The notes: generated by a model from the sequence alone, not told the origin. A DNA stretch of 64,000 nt from Patescibacteria group bacterium (GCA_013387215.1 WARW01000022.1:238417-302416); one strand, 5' to 3'; numbered from the stretch's first letter, positions 38,600 to 48,648 are shown. Numbers and translations: made by a program.

Positions 38600-40039
38600 T
38601 TAAGTCTTATAGGATATTATAACATCATTTAGCTTAAAATCAATATAAGGCTTAAAAGTCATGCCACATTCTCCGCCAGATTTGACTTTATCGACAACTT
38701 GCTTGCCAAGTCTGATTCCTTCGACTTTAGTATCTTTTATTATCTTTCCATCACGTTTTATATGGATAAGGTCACCTTTGGAAATTTCACCTTTAGTGCA
38801 TTGGACACCTGCAATTCTGACTTTATCAATTTTGAATTCAGCTTTAATTAGACCTTCACCAAGAACGGTTTCATCGATGGTAGGTTCAAGTAAATGTAAG
38901 ACTTGAGATTGAATATCTTCAATTATTTCGTAGATAATTCGAGATTTAAAGACACGAACCTTGGAGCTTTCGGCTAATTTTTCAATATGAGTGGGAACGT
39001 TAACATTGAAGGCAAATATTTGAGATCTGGTGGTTTCGCCTAAAAATACATCATTGTCAGAAACAGCGCCAATACCTGAGGAGACAACTACCACATCGTC
39101 AGAAAAACTGTGTTCTAGAGCTTCTAAAGTACCCTTAACATCGGCTTTTAAGATAACATTTAGCTTTGGAGTTTCCTCGATACTGGAATTTGTTGGAACA
39201 ACGTCTTTTTTCCGAGTTTCTTCGCAAGCACGCTTGTCTGGAGTAACGACACTGCCTACAGCAGGCACAGTTTCAAAACCAAGAACTTCGACTGGAGTGC
39301 TTGGGACAGCTTCTTTAATAAGCTTGCCAGTATAATCAATCATAGCTTTAACTTTACAAGCAATATCGTCGGCATAAACAATGTCACCCACACGAAGAGT
39401 GCCTTGTTTAACAATCAATGAAGCTACTGGACCACGATTCTTATCCAGCTTGGATTCAATGACAACTGCTTCAACGCAATCGCTTGGGTCGCCGCTTAAA
39501 TCCATAACTTCAGCATTCAATAAGATTTCTTCGAGAAGTTTATCGATTCCTAGGCCAGTTCGAGCGGAAACAGGAATAAGCGGAGTTTGACCACCATATT
39601 CTTCAGGAGTAAAACCAAGTTCAACCAGTTGACCTTTAACTTTGTCAGGCATAGCACCTTCCAAATCCATTTTATTCATGGCGACAATAAAAGGAAGGTC
39701 AGATTTTTTGATAAGTTCCAAACTTTCTTTGGTTTGAGGCATGATGCCTTCAGTGGCAGCAACAACCAAAACCACAATATCGGTTACTTGAGCACCACGA
39801 GCCCGCATGTTGCCAAAAGCAGCGTGTCCAGGAGTATCAATAAAGGTGATTAATTTTTCTTGACCATCAGAAGTTTTGACAGTAGCCTGATATGCACCGA
39901 TATGTTGAGTAATTCCACCAGCTTCTTTTTTGGTAATACTAGTTGATCTGATTCGATCGAGAAGCGAAGTTTTACCATGGTCGATGTGACCCATAACTGC
40001 AACAATAGGTGGTCTGATAGGGGTTTTATTATCGGTCAT
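38600..40039 (-). CDS. infB: Translation initiation factor IF-2, a short form lacking the N-terminal region
   Basis: GTPase G1 AVMGHIDHGKTSLLD, DTPGH, and NKMD. Confidence 0.93.
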   Translation of the reverse strand: MTDNKTPIRPPIVAVMGHIDHGKTSLLDRIRSTSITKKEAGGITQHIGAYQATVKTSDGQEKLITFIDTPGHAAFGNMRARGAQVTDIVVLVVAATEGIMPQTKESLELIKKSDLPFIVAMNKMDLEGAMPDKVKGQLVELGFTPEEYGGQTPLIPVSARTGLGIDKLLEEILLNAEVMDLSGDPSDCVEAVVIESKLDKNRGPVASLIVKQGTLRVGDIVYADDIACKVKAMIDYTGKLIKEAVPSTPVEVLGFETVPAVGSVVTPDKRACEETRKKDVVPTNSSIEETPKLNVILKADVKGTLEALEHSFSDDVVVVSSGIGAVSDNDVFLGETTRSQIFAFNVNVPTHIEKLAESSKVRVFKSRIIYEIIEDIQSQVLHLLEPTIDETVLGEGLIKAEFKIDKVRIAGVQCTKGEISKGDLIHIKRDGKIIKDTKVEGIRLGKQVVDKVKSGGECGMTFKPYIDFKLNDVIISYKT

Positions 40040-40101
40040 ATTTTTTAGGTTGATAGGGGCGCAAGAACGCCTTTCAATAATTAATTATTGGAGATTAAGA
40101 G

Positions 40102-41154
40102 TTACTCTTCCTTAGCAGAAGCTTCTGAACTTTGAGTAATTTTGATCTCTAGACCAACCAATTGGCCAGCAAGACGAACGTTTTCGCCACCGCCACCAAT
40201 AGCCAAAGCTAATTGATTTTCAGGTACAGATACAGTAGCGATTTTGTTGGTAACCGAAATTACCTTAACATTTTGTGCTGGAGATAGTGCTTGAATAATA
40301 AATTGGTTGATATTTTTGGAGAAAAGAACCACATCAACTTTTTCTTCGTTAGGAAGTTCGCTTAAAACAGATTGGATGCGGGAACCTTTTTGACCGATAC
40401 AAGATCCCACTGGATCAACTCCAGCTTGAGTGGAAGATACGGCAATTTTAGTTCTTTCACCAGGTGATCTGGCGATTCTTTCGATTTTTACAGTGTTATT
40501 ACCTACTTCAGGCACTTCGCGAGCGAATAGCTCTTCAACAAAGGCAGAATCTCTTCTGGAAAGAATGATTTCGCTTTTTCCAGTTTCATCACGAAGGATT
40601 CTTTGAAGTAAAAATAATTTTTTAGCGCCAAGAGGAAGGATTTCACCTCGGATTTGTTCTTCTTTAGGACAAATACCTTCAGTTTTACCAACACCGACAA
40701 CAGCTTTGAAAGGATCAGTTTTTAAAACTATGCCGTTAATGAGAGTGCCAACTTTTTTGGCATATTCAGAAACAACAGCTTCTTTTTCTGCTTCGTGGAT
40801 TTTTTGATCGATAACTTGTTTAGCAGTTTGAGCAGCAATACGACCGAAACCTGGAGGGGTGACGTCGGATTTTTTCTTGTCTTCAATTTTGTAAACTCGG
40901 AATGAACCAGTTTCTGGAGACAATTCAACTGTAAATTGGTCTTCTTCATCAATAATGATTCCGTGTTCTTTTTGATCTCTTTTGTAGGCAGAAATTAAAC
41001 CGAATTCAATTGAATCTAAGATTAATTGCACATCAATATTGCGCTCGCCAGCGATCTGGGCTACGGCTACAGCAAATTCTGTTTTTGGTAGTTTTTTTAA
41101 ATCCATATTTTTCTCCTGCAAATTAAAAATGGGGCGATACTTCACCCCATTCAA
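40102..41154 (-). CDS. nusA: Transcription termination/antitermination factor NusA
   Basis: NusA N-terminal domain, S1 domain and two KH domains in a 350-aa protein. Confidence 0.92.
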   Translation of the reverse strand: MNGVKYRPIFNLQEKNMDLKKLPKTEFAVAVAQIAGERNIDVQLILDSIEFGLISAYKRDQKEHGIIIDEEDQFTVELSPETGSFRVYKIEDKKKSDVTPPGFGRIAAQTAKQVIDQKIHEAEKEAVVSEYAKKVGTLINGIVLKTDPFKAVVGVGKTEGICPKEEQIRGEILPLGAKKLFLLQRILRDETGKSEIILSRRDSAFVEELFAREVPEVGNNTVKIERIARSPGERTKIAVSSTQAGVDPVGSCIGQKGSRIQSVLSELPNEEKVDVVLFSKNINQFIIQALSPAQNVKVISVTNKIATVSVPENQLALAIGGGGENVRLAGQLVGLEIKITQSSEASAKEE

Positions 41155-41159
41155 AACTT

Positions 41160-41192
41160 ACTTATATTAAACTGAGTTATTATACCAGAAGA
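41160..41192 (-). terminator. Probable terminator of the hrcA-grpE-dnaK-dnaJ operon
   Basis: Minus strand: AATGGGGTGAAGTATCGCCCCATTTTTAAT, about 35 nt past the dnaJ stop. Confidence 0.4.
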
Positions 41193-41222
41193 GTCGGTCC
41201 TATTACAATTCTTTAGGAAGCA

Positions 41223-42081
41223 TTATAAACCTAGTTCTTTGAGTAATTGTTTTTGATGACTGGTTAAATGAGACGGAACTTCAACTAAAAGTCTGATGTA
41301 AAAATCTCCCTGTCCATAGCCATTAACATCACGAATCCCCTTGCCTCTCAATCGAATTAAAGTGTTTGGCTGTGTGCCAGCTTTGACCCGGACTTTTAAG
41401 GAACCATCAAGTGTAGGCACTTCCAAGTCGGTGCCAAGAGCGGCTTGTGTGAAACTAATATTAATATTTATGAAAACATCATTACCATCGCGCTTGAAAA
41501 CTTTATCAGGTTTGACGTCAATATAAAGAATAAAATCATTAAAACGAATTCGCTGACCATCATCGACACCAGCAGGAATTTTGATTTTTTTGCGTTTGCC
41601 ATCAATTTCAACTTCCTTTTCCACGCCTTTGACGGCTTCTAAAAATGAAATTTCAACCCGATAGGTTTGAAGTCTTTGACTGGTTCGACGAGAGCCGCCG
41701 CCAGTGCCGAAAAATTGTTCAAAAATATCGAAAGGATTGGAAAATCCTCCGAAATCAAAATCAGCGTTACCAAAAGGATTTGAACCAGAGCTGGTATAAG
41801 TGTAATTAAAAGGACCATTTTGCTGAGTATAAGTGTGACCACCAAAACCGCCTGAAGACGGGTCAAAAGCAGCATGTCCAAATTGATCATATGCGGATTT
41901 TTTTTTGATCATTGCTTAAAACCTCATAAGCTTCATTGATCTCTTTGAACTTTTCTTCAGCATCAGGTTCTTTGTTTCTGTCCGGATGAAATTTTAAAGC
42001 CATCTTACGATAGGCCGTTTTAATTTCGTCTTTGGTGGCGTTTTTGGAAACACCCAGTAATTCGTAAAAATCTTTTTTCAT
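41223..42081 (-). pseudogene. dnaJ: dnaJ split into two ORFs, 41887..42081 and 41223..41912, by a single-nucleotide indel in an A9 tract. It is a type II DnaJ with no Zn finger.
   Basis: The J domain (HPD motif) ends SNDQKKIRI*. The next ORF starts [17 protein letters not shown], the canonical post-J-domain block. The two frames meet in a run of nine A (plus-strand T9 at 41898-41906). Removing one A gives a continuous [20 protein letters not shown]. Confidence 0.7.
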
Positions 42082-42092
42082 TTTTGTTCATT

Positions 42093-42116
42093 ATCGGGGC
42101 GCGGAAACCGCGCCCC
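42093..42116 (-). promoter_or_regulatory. Intercistronic GC-rich stem-loop between dnaK and dnaJ
   Basis: GGGGCGCGGAAACCGCGCCCC: a 9-bp G/C stem with no adjacent U-run, in an otherwise AT-rich spacer. Confidence 0.4.
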
Positions 42117-42131
42117 TAGATAACTATCTTT

Positions 42132-44033
42132 TTATTTTACTATTTCGCCTTCTTCTGGTTCAGTATCAGATTTTTTCTGATCGCCTTGACCTTCGGCTGG
42201 ACCACCATTGGCACCTGGCTGAGGTGGTTGTTGCTGCTGATAAATAGCAGCACCAACGGTTTGAAGAATTTGATTTAATTCTTCAGAAGCCTTATCAAAA
42301 TCATCTTTCTTAGCATCAGTTTTAGCTAAAAGATCTTTGGCAGCTTTAACTTTTTCTTCAATTTTAGCCTTATCTTCGGCTTTAACTTTATCGCCGAAAT
42401 CTTTTAAGGTTTTTTCTGCAGAAAAGATTGTACCATCAAGTTTATTTTTAGCTTCGACTAGAAGATGTTTCTCTTCATCTTCGCGAGCGTGGGCTTCCGC
42501 ATCCTTTTTCATTTGTTCAATTTCTTCTTCTTTAAGATTGGTGGCATTTTGAATAGTAATGCGCTGCTCTTTGTTGGTACCTTTATCTTTAGCACTGACA
42601 CTTAAAATGCCGTTGCTATCGATATCGAAAGTAACTTCGATTTGAGGAGTGCCTCGAGGTGCAGGTGGAATACCATCTAAAATGAATCGGCCTAGAGTTT
42701 TATTGTCGGCAGCCATTGGACGTTCACCTTGCAAGACATTGATTTCTACTTGAGGCTGACTGTCAGCATATGTAGTGAATACTTGAGATTTTTTGGTAGG
42801 AACGGTAGTATTTCGTTCAATAAGTGGAGTTCGAACACCACCGGCAGTTTCAATACCAAGGGTTAATGGAGTGACATCCAAAAGAACGACATCTTTGACT
42901 TCTCCAGTTAAAACAGCTCCCTGAACAGCAGCACCAACAGCAACAACTTCATCAGGATTAACGGTATTATTTAAATCTTTACCGAAATAGTTTTTGACTA
43001 CTTCCTGAACTTTTGGCATGCGGGTCATGCCTCCGACCATGATAATTTCTTTGATGTCTGATTTAGAAACACCAGCATCTTTGAGAGCTTTTTCGACAGG
43101 TCCAATAGTTCTTTGAATTAAATCATCAACTAATCTTTCCAATTCAGAGCGGGTTAGCTTAGTAGTTAAGTGCAAAGGCTGTCCGTCTTTTTGAGTGATG
43201 AATGGAAGATTAATTTCAGTTTCTTGAGCTGAAGATAATTCAATTTTAGCTTTTTCAGCAGCTTCACGAACACGCTGTAAAGCTTGCGGATCTTTAGCCA
43301 AATCAACTCCATTTTCTTTTTGGAAGGTTTCCAAAATCCAAGCAATGATTTTTTGATCAAAATCATCACCGCCAAGGAAAGTATCACCGTTAGTGGCTTT
43401 GACTTCAAAAATACCACCACCGATTTCGAGAATGGAAATATCAAAAGTTCCACCTCCTAAATCATAAACAGCAACGAGCTCATTGCCTTTTTTGTCTAAA
43501 CCATAGGCTAAAGCAGCAGCAGTTGGTTCATTGACTATTCTTTGAACATTAAGTCCTGCGATTTCACCAGCTTGTTTAGTAGCTTGTCGTTGAGAATCAT
43601 CGAAATAAGCAGGAACGGTAATAACAGCATCAGTAACTTTTTCACCTAAATATTTTTCAGCATCAGCTTTGGCTTTTTGCAAAATCATAGCTGAAATTTC
43701 TTGAGGAGTATAAGATTTGCCACTGATTTCGACAGATGCAGTATTGTCTTTACCGGCAACAATTTTGTATGGAACAACCGATTGAGTTCTTTTAACTTCA
43801 GGATCATCAATACGGCGACCCATCAAACGTTTAACACTATAAACGGTGTTTTGAGGATTTAACACCATTTGTCTTTTGGCTAAATCGCCAACTAATTTTT
43901 TGACTGGTTCAACAACAGAAGGAATAATATTTCTGCCTTCTGAGGTTAATATAACTTTTGGATTACCACCTTCCATCACTGCAACGCAGGAGTTGGTAGT
44001 TCCTAAATCGATTCCGATTATTTTGTTTGCCAT
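42132..44033 (-). CDS. dnaK: Chaperone DnaK (Hsp70)
   Basis: 633 aa with Hsp70 signatures ([16 protein letters not shown]). Confidence 0.97.
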   Translation of the reverse strand: MANKIIGIDLGTTNSCVAVMEGGNPKVILTSEGRNIIPSVVEPVKKLVGDLAKRQMVLNPQNTVYSVKRLMGRRIDDPEVKRTQSVVPYKIVAGKDNTASVEISGKSYTPQEISAMILQKAKADAEKYLGEKVTDAVITVPAYFDDSQRQATKQAGEIAGLNVQRIVNEPTAAALAYGLDKKGNELVAVYDLGGGTFDISILEIGGGIFEVKATNGDTFLGGDDFDQKIIAWILETFQKENGVDLAKDPQALQRVREAAEKAKIELSSAQETEINLPFITQKDGQPLHLTTKLTRSELERLVDDLIQRTIGPVEKALKDAGVSKSDIKEIIMVGGMTRMPKVQEVVKNYFGKDLNNTVNPDEVVAVGAAVQGAVLTGEVKDVVLLDVTPLTLGIETAGGVRTPLIERNTTVPTKKSQVFTTYADSQPQVEINVLQGERPMAADNKTLGRFILDGIPPAPRGTPQIEVTFDIDSNGILSVSAKDKGTNKEQRITIQNATNLKEEEIEQMKKDAEAHAREDEEKHLLVEAKNKLDGTIFSAEKTLKDFGDKVKAEDKAKIEEKVKAAKDLLAKTDAKKDDFDKASEELNQILQTVGAAIYQQQQPPQPGANGGPAEGQGDQKKSDTEPEEGEIVK

Positions 44034-44061
44034 ATTTTTTAATAATTATTAATTGATAAAG

Positions 44062-44544
44062 TTAGTTTTTGCCCACAACTACTTGGGCAGGACGAATAAC
44101 ATGTCCATTTAATTTATAACCATTTTTTTTGACTTCAAGAACTTTATTTTCATCGCCTTGTCTGACTTCAATACATTCCATTAATTCCGGGTCAAAATCC
44201 TCGCCTTCTGCTTTAATTTCTTCCAATCCTTCGGACTTTAATACTTGTAGAAGTTTGTCGATACCCATTTTTAAGCCCATGTCTTTTAAATGATTTTGGG
44301 CTAAATAAAGATCATCTAAAACTTCAACCATTCTCGAAATGATGGCAGTGGTGGCTAAAGTGACAAAAAGCTGTCGTTGAGATTCAATTCTTTTCTCAAG
44401 ATTTGAATAATCAGCAAGAGACCTTTTTAGTTTGTCTTCAAGCTCAGCTGCTTTCTGTTCCATTTTAATTAATTTTTCATCTGCCTCCGTTTGATTTGGA
44501 GTTAAGTTTTGTGCCATATCGGCTTTACGTTTGGTATGTGGCAT
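44062..44544 (-). CDS. grpE: Nucleotide exchange factor GrpE
   Basis: 160 aa with a coiled-coil N-terminus and a GrpE C-terminal domain, between hrcA and dnaK. Confidence 0.9.
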   Translation of the reverse strand: MPHTKRKADMAQNLTPNQTEADEKLIKMEQKAAELEDKLKRSLADYSNLEKRIESQRQLFVTLATTAIISRMVEVLDDLYLAQNHLKDMGLKMGIDKLLQVLKSEGLEEIKAEGEDFDPELMECIEVRQGDENKVLEVKKNGYKLNGHVIRPAQVVVGKN

Positions 44545-44553
44545 ATATAAGGA

Positions 44554-45288
44554 TTAACGACTAATAGTAGAGAGTAATTCAGCGAAATAATCAACAACGG
44601 GAACAACAACCTGGTATCGGAATCGGGCTGGACCAACAATTCCTAGGATACCGCGATGTGGGCCAGCTTCATAAGTTTGGAAAACGAAACCGCACGGCTC
44701 CAGATGTTCCATTCCTAAATCTTCACCGATTAAAAGGTGAATAATTTCTTCGGATCCTTGATGAATTCCAGCCTTATTGACGATATCAAACCAAAAATTG
44801 GTATTATCCATTAAAGATAAAACTGTTTTAGTGACATCAATGTTATAGAACTCCGGTTCTTCCAATAAATTTGAAGCACCACAACAATAAATTGAACCTT
44901 GGTCGGTGGTAGCAATAGCCATGGAACGAGTCTTAACAGCTAGTTCTTTAGTGGTTTCTTTAATTAATTTTTCAAATTCATTTCGATAATTCCAGATTTT
45001 TTCTTTGGCGCCAACTTCTTCGCTGATTGACATGTTTTTAGGTGTCATTAAGTTGCGAACATAATATTTCAGACCCATAGAAGTTGGACAACGGCCAGCT
45101 GACAAATGGCCTTTTTTTAGAAAACCAAGTTGAGTTAAAGAGGACATCTCATTTCTGATCGTTGCAGAGGAGATTCCTAAACTGAATTTTTTTTCTAGAG
45201 TTTCAGAACCAACTGGAGAGGCTGTCTCAATAAATTCTTCTGTAATACATTTTAGAATCTTGATTTGCCGTTGAGTTAAATCTGACAT
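44554..45288 (-). CDS. hrcA: Heat-inducible transcription repressor HrcA
   Basis: N-terminal winged HTH (ILKCITEEFIETASPVGSETL) and the first gene of the dnaK operon. Confidence 0.9.
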   Translation of the reverse strand: MSDLTQRQIKILKCITEEFIETASPVGSETLEKKFSLGISSATIRNEMSSLTQLGFLKKGHLSAGRCPTSMGLKYYVRNLMTPKNMSISEEVGAKEKIWNYRNEFEKLIKETTKELAVKTRSMAIATTDQGSIYCCGASNLLEEPEFYNIDVTKTVLSLMDNTNFWFDIVNKAGIHQGSEEIIHLLIGEDLGMEHLEPCGFVFQTYEAGPHRGILGIVGPARFRYQVVVPVVDYFAELLSTISR

Positions 45289-45289
45289 A

Positions 45290-45326
45290 TTAGCAATATA
45301 ATATGTCGAGTGCTAATGAGTGTCAA
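45290..45326 (-). promoter_or_regulatory. CIRCE operator overlapping a sigma70-type promoter (TTGACA, 17-nt spacer, TATTAT) immediately upstream of the hrcA start
   Basis: On the minus strand, TTAGCACTC-GACATATTA-TATTGCTAA (revcomp of 45290-45316) matches the CIRCE consensus TTAGCACTC-N9-GAGTGCTAA, 9/9 in one arm and 7/9 in the other. -35 TTGACA is the revcomp of 45321-45326 and -10 TATTAT the revcomp of 45298-45303. The operator ends 2 nt before the ATG, so the mRNA would be near-leaderless. Confidence 0.6.
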
Positions 45327-45418
45327 GGGGTAAATTCTTATAATAAAAATGAAAAAGCCGATAGTGTTTTAGTGTGATACTAAAGCATATCGGCTCGGAT
45401 AATCAGGGCTTTTGAAAA

Positions 45419-45682
45419 TTAAAAAATATTTTGAGGGGTAACAATTTTGCCAGTTTCGATTGCTTGACGATATCTTGCCTCATCTGAGGATAAAATCCAC
45501 AGACCGTGAGAAAAGTTTGAACCGTAATACTGTTTGATTCCTTGATCTTCAATCTGTTTCAAAAAATTGGCAATGTCGAGGCGATCTTGGTCGATTCCAC
45601 CAGGATAAAAAGAAAAAATGCAGGTAGTATTTTTGCGTCTGATTTCTTTGAGACTAATACCATTAAGGCAAAACTGATTCAT
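45419..45682 (-). CDS. Hypothetical small protein
   Basis: 87-aa ORF. Confidence 0.4.
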   Translation of the reverse strand: MNQFCLNGISLKEIRRKNTTCIFSFYPGGIDQDRLDIANFLKQIEDQGIKQYYGSNFSHGLWILSSDEARYRQAIETGKIVTPQNIF

Positions 45683-45712
45683 AAGAAAACAACTCCCTTT
45701 CGTTTTTTATTT

Positions 45713-46003
45713 TTATAGATTATTGAGATCGATTTTTTTCAATTTTAGTTGACTATCTTTGGAAACTACCTGAAAAAGTGTATCCGTTAAAGTGACGGTG
45801 TCTTCTTCAAAAATAGAGAAAATCAAGTTGTTGTCTAAATAAAAATCTACAGATGATTCGCCAAAAGCAACATCAATTCGGGTTTTTCCTGCAATATTAG
45901 TACAGATATTTTGACTGCCAGTTAAGGTTAGATTAAAAGGTGTTTCGACAAATCTTTTCAACAATAGGTAGTTTGTGGCCATTAAAGTTGCCCATCGAGA
46001 CAT
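45713..46003 (-). CDS. Hypothetical small protein
   Basis: 96-aa ORF. A strong SD, TAAGGAGGTGA, lies 6-8 nt upstream of clustered ATGs at 46003-46011. Confidence 0.45.
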   Translation of the reverse strand: MSRWATLMATNYLLLKRFVETPFNLTLTGSQNICTNIAGKTRIDVAFGESSVDFYLDNNLIFSIFEEDTVTLTDTLFQVVSKDSQLKLKKIDLNNL

Positions 46004-46203
46004 ACATACTCACCTCCTTAAAACACAAAAGCCTGATTATTAAAGAACAAAAATTGTCTATCTTGCGTATAAAATAGCAATTTGTAAGTAGCAGATCTTA
46101 TCATATTTCCAAAAAAAATGCCGACTGGAGTTTGAATATTAATATTCAAAACCTATCGGCATTGTGATAATTTATCAACTTAAATGGAAAGAAAAATATC
46201 GTA

Positions 46204-46632
46204 TTACGAAAAAAACTGTCGGCCAGCATAAAGAATAGAGTTTTGAATCGCATAATCAATTCCAGCAATCTGTAGCAAAAAACTGCTTTCTAATGCAGGA
46301 AGCTCGACATTGTTGAACTTAAGGACGATTATGGCTGGATAATTAAGTTTCTTTAGATCTACGGGTTTGACGTTTTTCCTGAGGGCTTTTTTGATGCAAT
46401 CAAAATAATCATACGAAACCGAAATTTTGTTTCTTTCGTCCAGATTGTAGTCCTGACCTGCTGAATACAAAAGAGATTTTATTTTTTCCGGATTCAGTTT
46501 GACAGCATCTTTGTTTGGCATTCCTAATACCACTATCTCTAAGAGATTAGGGTTGTTTAGACTGTCTTTGGGAACATTATGACCTGTCATATTAACACCT
46601 CCTTTCATCGATACTGACCGGCTATTAAGCAA
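46204..46632 (-). CDS. Hypothetical protein. The likely true start is MTGHNV... at about 46590.
   Basis: A strong SD, GAAAGGAGGTG, precedes the internal ATG. A long palindromic terminator follows the gene at about 46120-46165. Confidence 0.45.
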   Translation of the reverse strand: MLNSRSVSMKGGVNMTGHNVPKDSLNNPNLLEIVVLGMPNKDAVKLNPEKIKSLLYSAGQDYNLDERNKISVSYDYFDCIKKALRKNVKPVDLKKLNYPAIIVLKFNNVELPALESSFLLQIAGIDYAIQNSILYAGRQFFS

Positions 46633-46718
46633 GCACCATAAATCAAGATTGAGCCTATCAGTAAAAATATCCCAGCGATTAGAAATATTCTCCGTTTCAC
46701 AAGATCAACTCCCTTCAT
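46615..46718 (-). CDS. Tiny hydrophobic peptide of about 34 aa. It is not in the ORF track.
   Basis: My own translation: MKGVDLVKRRIFLIAGIFLLIGSILIYGACLIAGQYR*, a single TM helix. Confidence 0.25.
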
Positions 46719-46839
46719 TTCTCTTTTCCAATGTGACTTTTTCCGGAATATAGGCAAAAAATAATCCGACAGAGTACACTTGAAAACTGGAACACAACAA
46801 AACTAAAACCAACAAACAAGACAAAATCTTTCGATTCAT
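46705..46839 (-). CDS. Tiny hydrophobic peptide of about 44 aa. It is not in the ORF track.
   Basis: My own translation: MNRKILSCLLVLVLLCSSFQVYSVGLFFAYIPEKVTLEKRNEGS*, preceded by the SD AAAGGAGGGG. Confidence 0.3.
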   Translation of the reverse strand: MNRKILSCLLVLVLLCSSFQVYSVGLFFAYIPEKVTLEKRNEGS

Positions 46840-47064
46840 TTTCAAATCCCCTCCTTTTATATTTAGTTGATAGATTTTAAAAGAACGACTAATAAATTAT
46901 TATTCTTTGCAAAATTAAAGAATTGATTTATTTTTGGTTAATTGCCAAAGAAAAAAAGTCAAAAAAACTGCTTTTCTTTTGTAATTAAAATATAAAATCC
47001 GTAAAACTAATGTGTGCCCTAAAAAGGGAGAGAATTGAGCAGAAGCCCAATCCTCTTTTTGTTT

Positions 47065-47565
47065 TCAGTTCAAAAACTGATCAAGGTGGTTTAACAAGTG
47101 GTCAAGCTTCAACAACACTGTAGGAATTTGATCGGAATATTTAAGTTCAAGGCAAAACTCGACAACATAAGCATCAGTAATAATGCGATCGATGTCTTGA
47201 GTCAAAGTCTCATTCATCTTTTGAAGATATTTTTGATCTTCTTTTCCGGTTCGACGACGAAGCCAAGATTCAAAATTTTTGACTTCATCATCCCTTTCAT
47301 ATTGAGGAAATAATTCCCAAGCCGCAGCCGTTCTTCTAGAGAATAATCCCGGATTTCCAGTCATATCCAAAAGAGCATCAATTGTTGATAAACGATAATT
47401 GTTTATTTCTTCCTCTGCCAATGGATTACTCTCGATTTTAACGTAATAATCGGCAAGTATAGCAACTGCTTTATTGAGCATCTCGTCGGTTATTTTAGTA
47501 AAACCTATTCTTTTGGAAAAGAAATCAACCAGATATAAATAAGATTCTGAAATATTTGTCAACAT
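47065..47565 (-). CDS. Hypothetical protein
   Basis: 166-aa ORF with the SD AAGGAG and predicted helical composition. Confidence 0.5.
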   Translation of the reverse strand: MLTNISESYLYLVDFFSKRIGFTKITDEMLNKAVAILADYYVKIESNPLAEEEINNYRLSTIDALLDMTGNPGLFSRRTAAAWELFPQYERDDEVKNFESWLRRRTGKEDQKYLQKMNETLTQDIDRIITDAYVVEFCLELKYSDQIPTVLLKLDHLLNHLDQFLN

Positions 47566-47643
47566 AAAAAAACACTCCTTATAATTTTTATTTTGAAACT
47601 TTCTACTTATATTTTTCTAATGAGTGTTTATGAAGCGTTACCA

Positions 47644-47754
47644 CAATTTATCTAAACCCCAAATCATGAATGTCAAAAACAATGACAAGCCAAATAGGAT
47701 TATTAGCGCAATTTTTTCATTTCGGTTGTATTTTTTAAAATGTTTCATGTTCTC
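47644..47754 (-). CDS. Tiny membrane peptide of 36 aa. It is not in the ORF track.
   Basis: My own translation: MKHFKKYNRNEKIALIILFGLSLFLTFMIWGLDKLW*, preceded by the SD AAGAGGTGA. Confidence 0.3.
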
Positions 47755-47759
47755 ACCTC

Positions 47760-48152
47760 TTAAAATAATGATTTCTGACTCCACTGATTAAAAACAGCAA
47801 GGTCTTCATCACCAAATAAAGCTTGATAACATTCGTTTCTAACCAAAAGAGATTCATCGAGCTCTAAAAAATCCAAAACCCAATAAATCGTTTCGGTTTT
47901 TAGTTTAAAAATAGTGTCTTGAGACTCACGATCATCATAAGTTTTAATGTCGATTCGATGCAGTGTTTTGATTAATGCATCAATTGCTTCGTCCGCTTCT
48001 TGATATTTTTTTAGTCCTAAGTGTTTAGCAAGATATTCCAGCGCGTTTTGATGAGCTTTTGGGAAATAAATTACCTTAAAGTTCTCAGCTCCGCCCATTT
48101 TTTCGATGAGTGTAGAGTAAAACTCCTTTTCGTGATTAGACATATGCAACAC
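47760..48152 (-). CDS. Hypothetical protein
   Basis: 130-aa ORF with the SD GAGAGGTG. Confidence 0.5.
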   Translation of the reverse strand: MLHMSNHEKEFYSTLIEKMGGAENFKVIYFPKAHQNALEYLAKHLGLKKYQEADEAIDALIKTLHRIDIKTYDDRESQDTIFKLKTETIYWVLDFLELDESLLVRNECYQALFGDEDLAVFNQWSQKSLF

Positions 48153-48342
48153 CTCTCTTTTTATTCCAAAAATATTTCTATTTTTGGTATGTACACAAAG
48201 AGTTTTACGGATTTTTAAAGAACAAACCTTTTTTTAAAGCGCTTTGCTTTTAAAAGTTTTTAATTTAATGATAATTAAATTATGTGCCGTATATATACTC
48301 TTAATTACCAATGAAATCAAGATATAGGTTATATTTTTTATA

Positions 48343-48645
48343 TCAGCGGACAAAAACCAGAAGGACTACAAACAACCCAGTTAATAAAATGAAGCTAAGC
48401 AAAGCCAACTGATGAAAGAAGAGAAGCAAAATAAGTCCAAGAATATATATAGATATTATAAAATTTATTTTGAAGCGTTTTAAAAAAATGTATATTGTGG
48501 ATAAAACAGCGGTAAACAAAAGTATAAAAAATATTATTTTTGCAGCCAGAGTGCTAGGAGCAACAGTGCAAAAAAATATAATCCAAGAAAGCCAAATTAC
48601 AGAACAGATGATTGGCCAATAATATAGTTTTTCGGTTTTATTCAT
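48343..48645 (-). CDS. Integral membrane protein
   Basis: 100 aa with 3 TM helices. Confidence 0.45.
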   Translation of the reverse strand: MNKTEKLYYWPIICSVIWLSWIIFFCTVAPSTLAAKIIFFILLFTAVLSTIYIFLKRFKINFIISIYILGLILLLFFHQLALLSFILLTGLFVVLLVFVR

Positions 48646-48648
48646 GCT

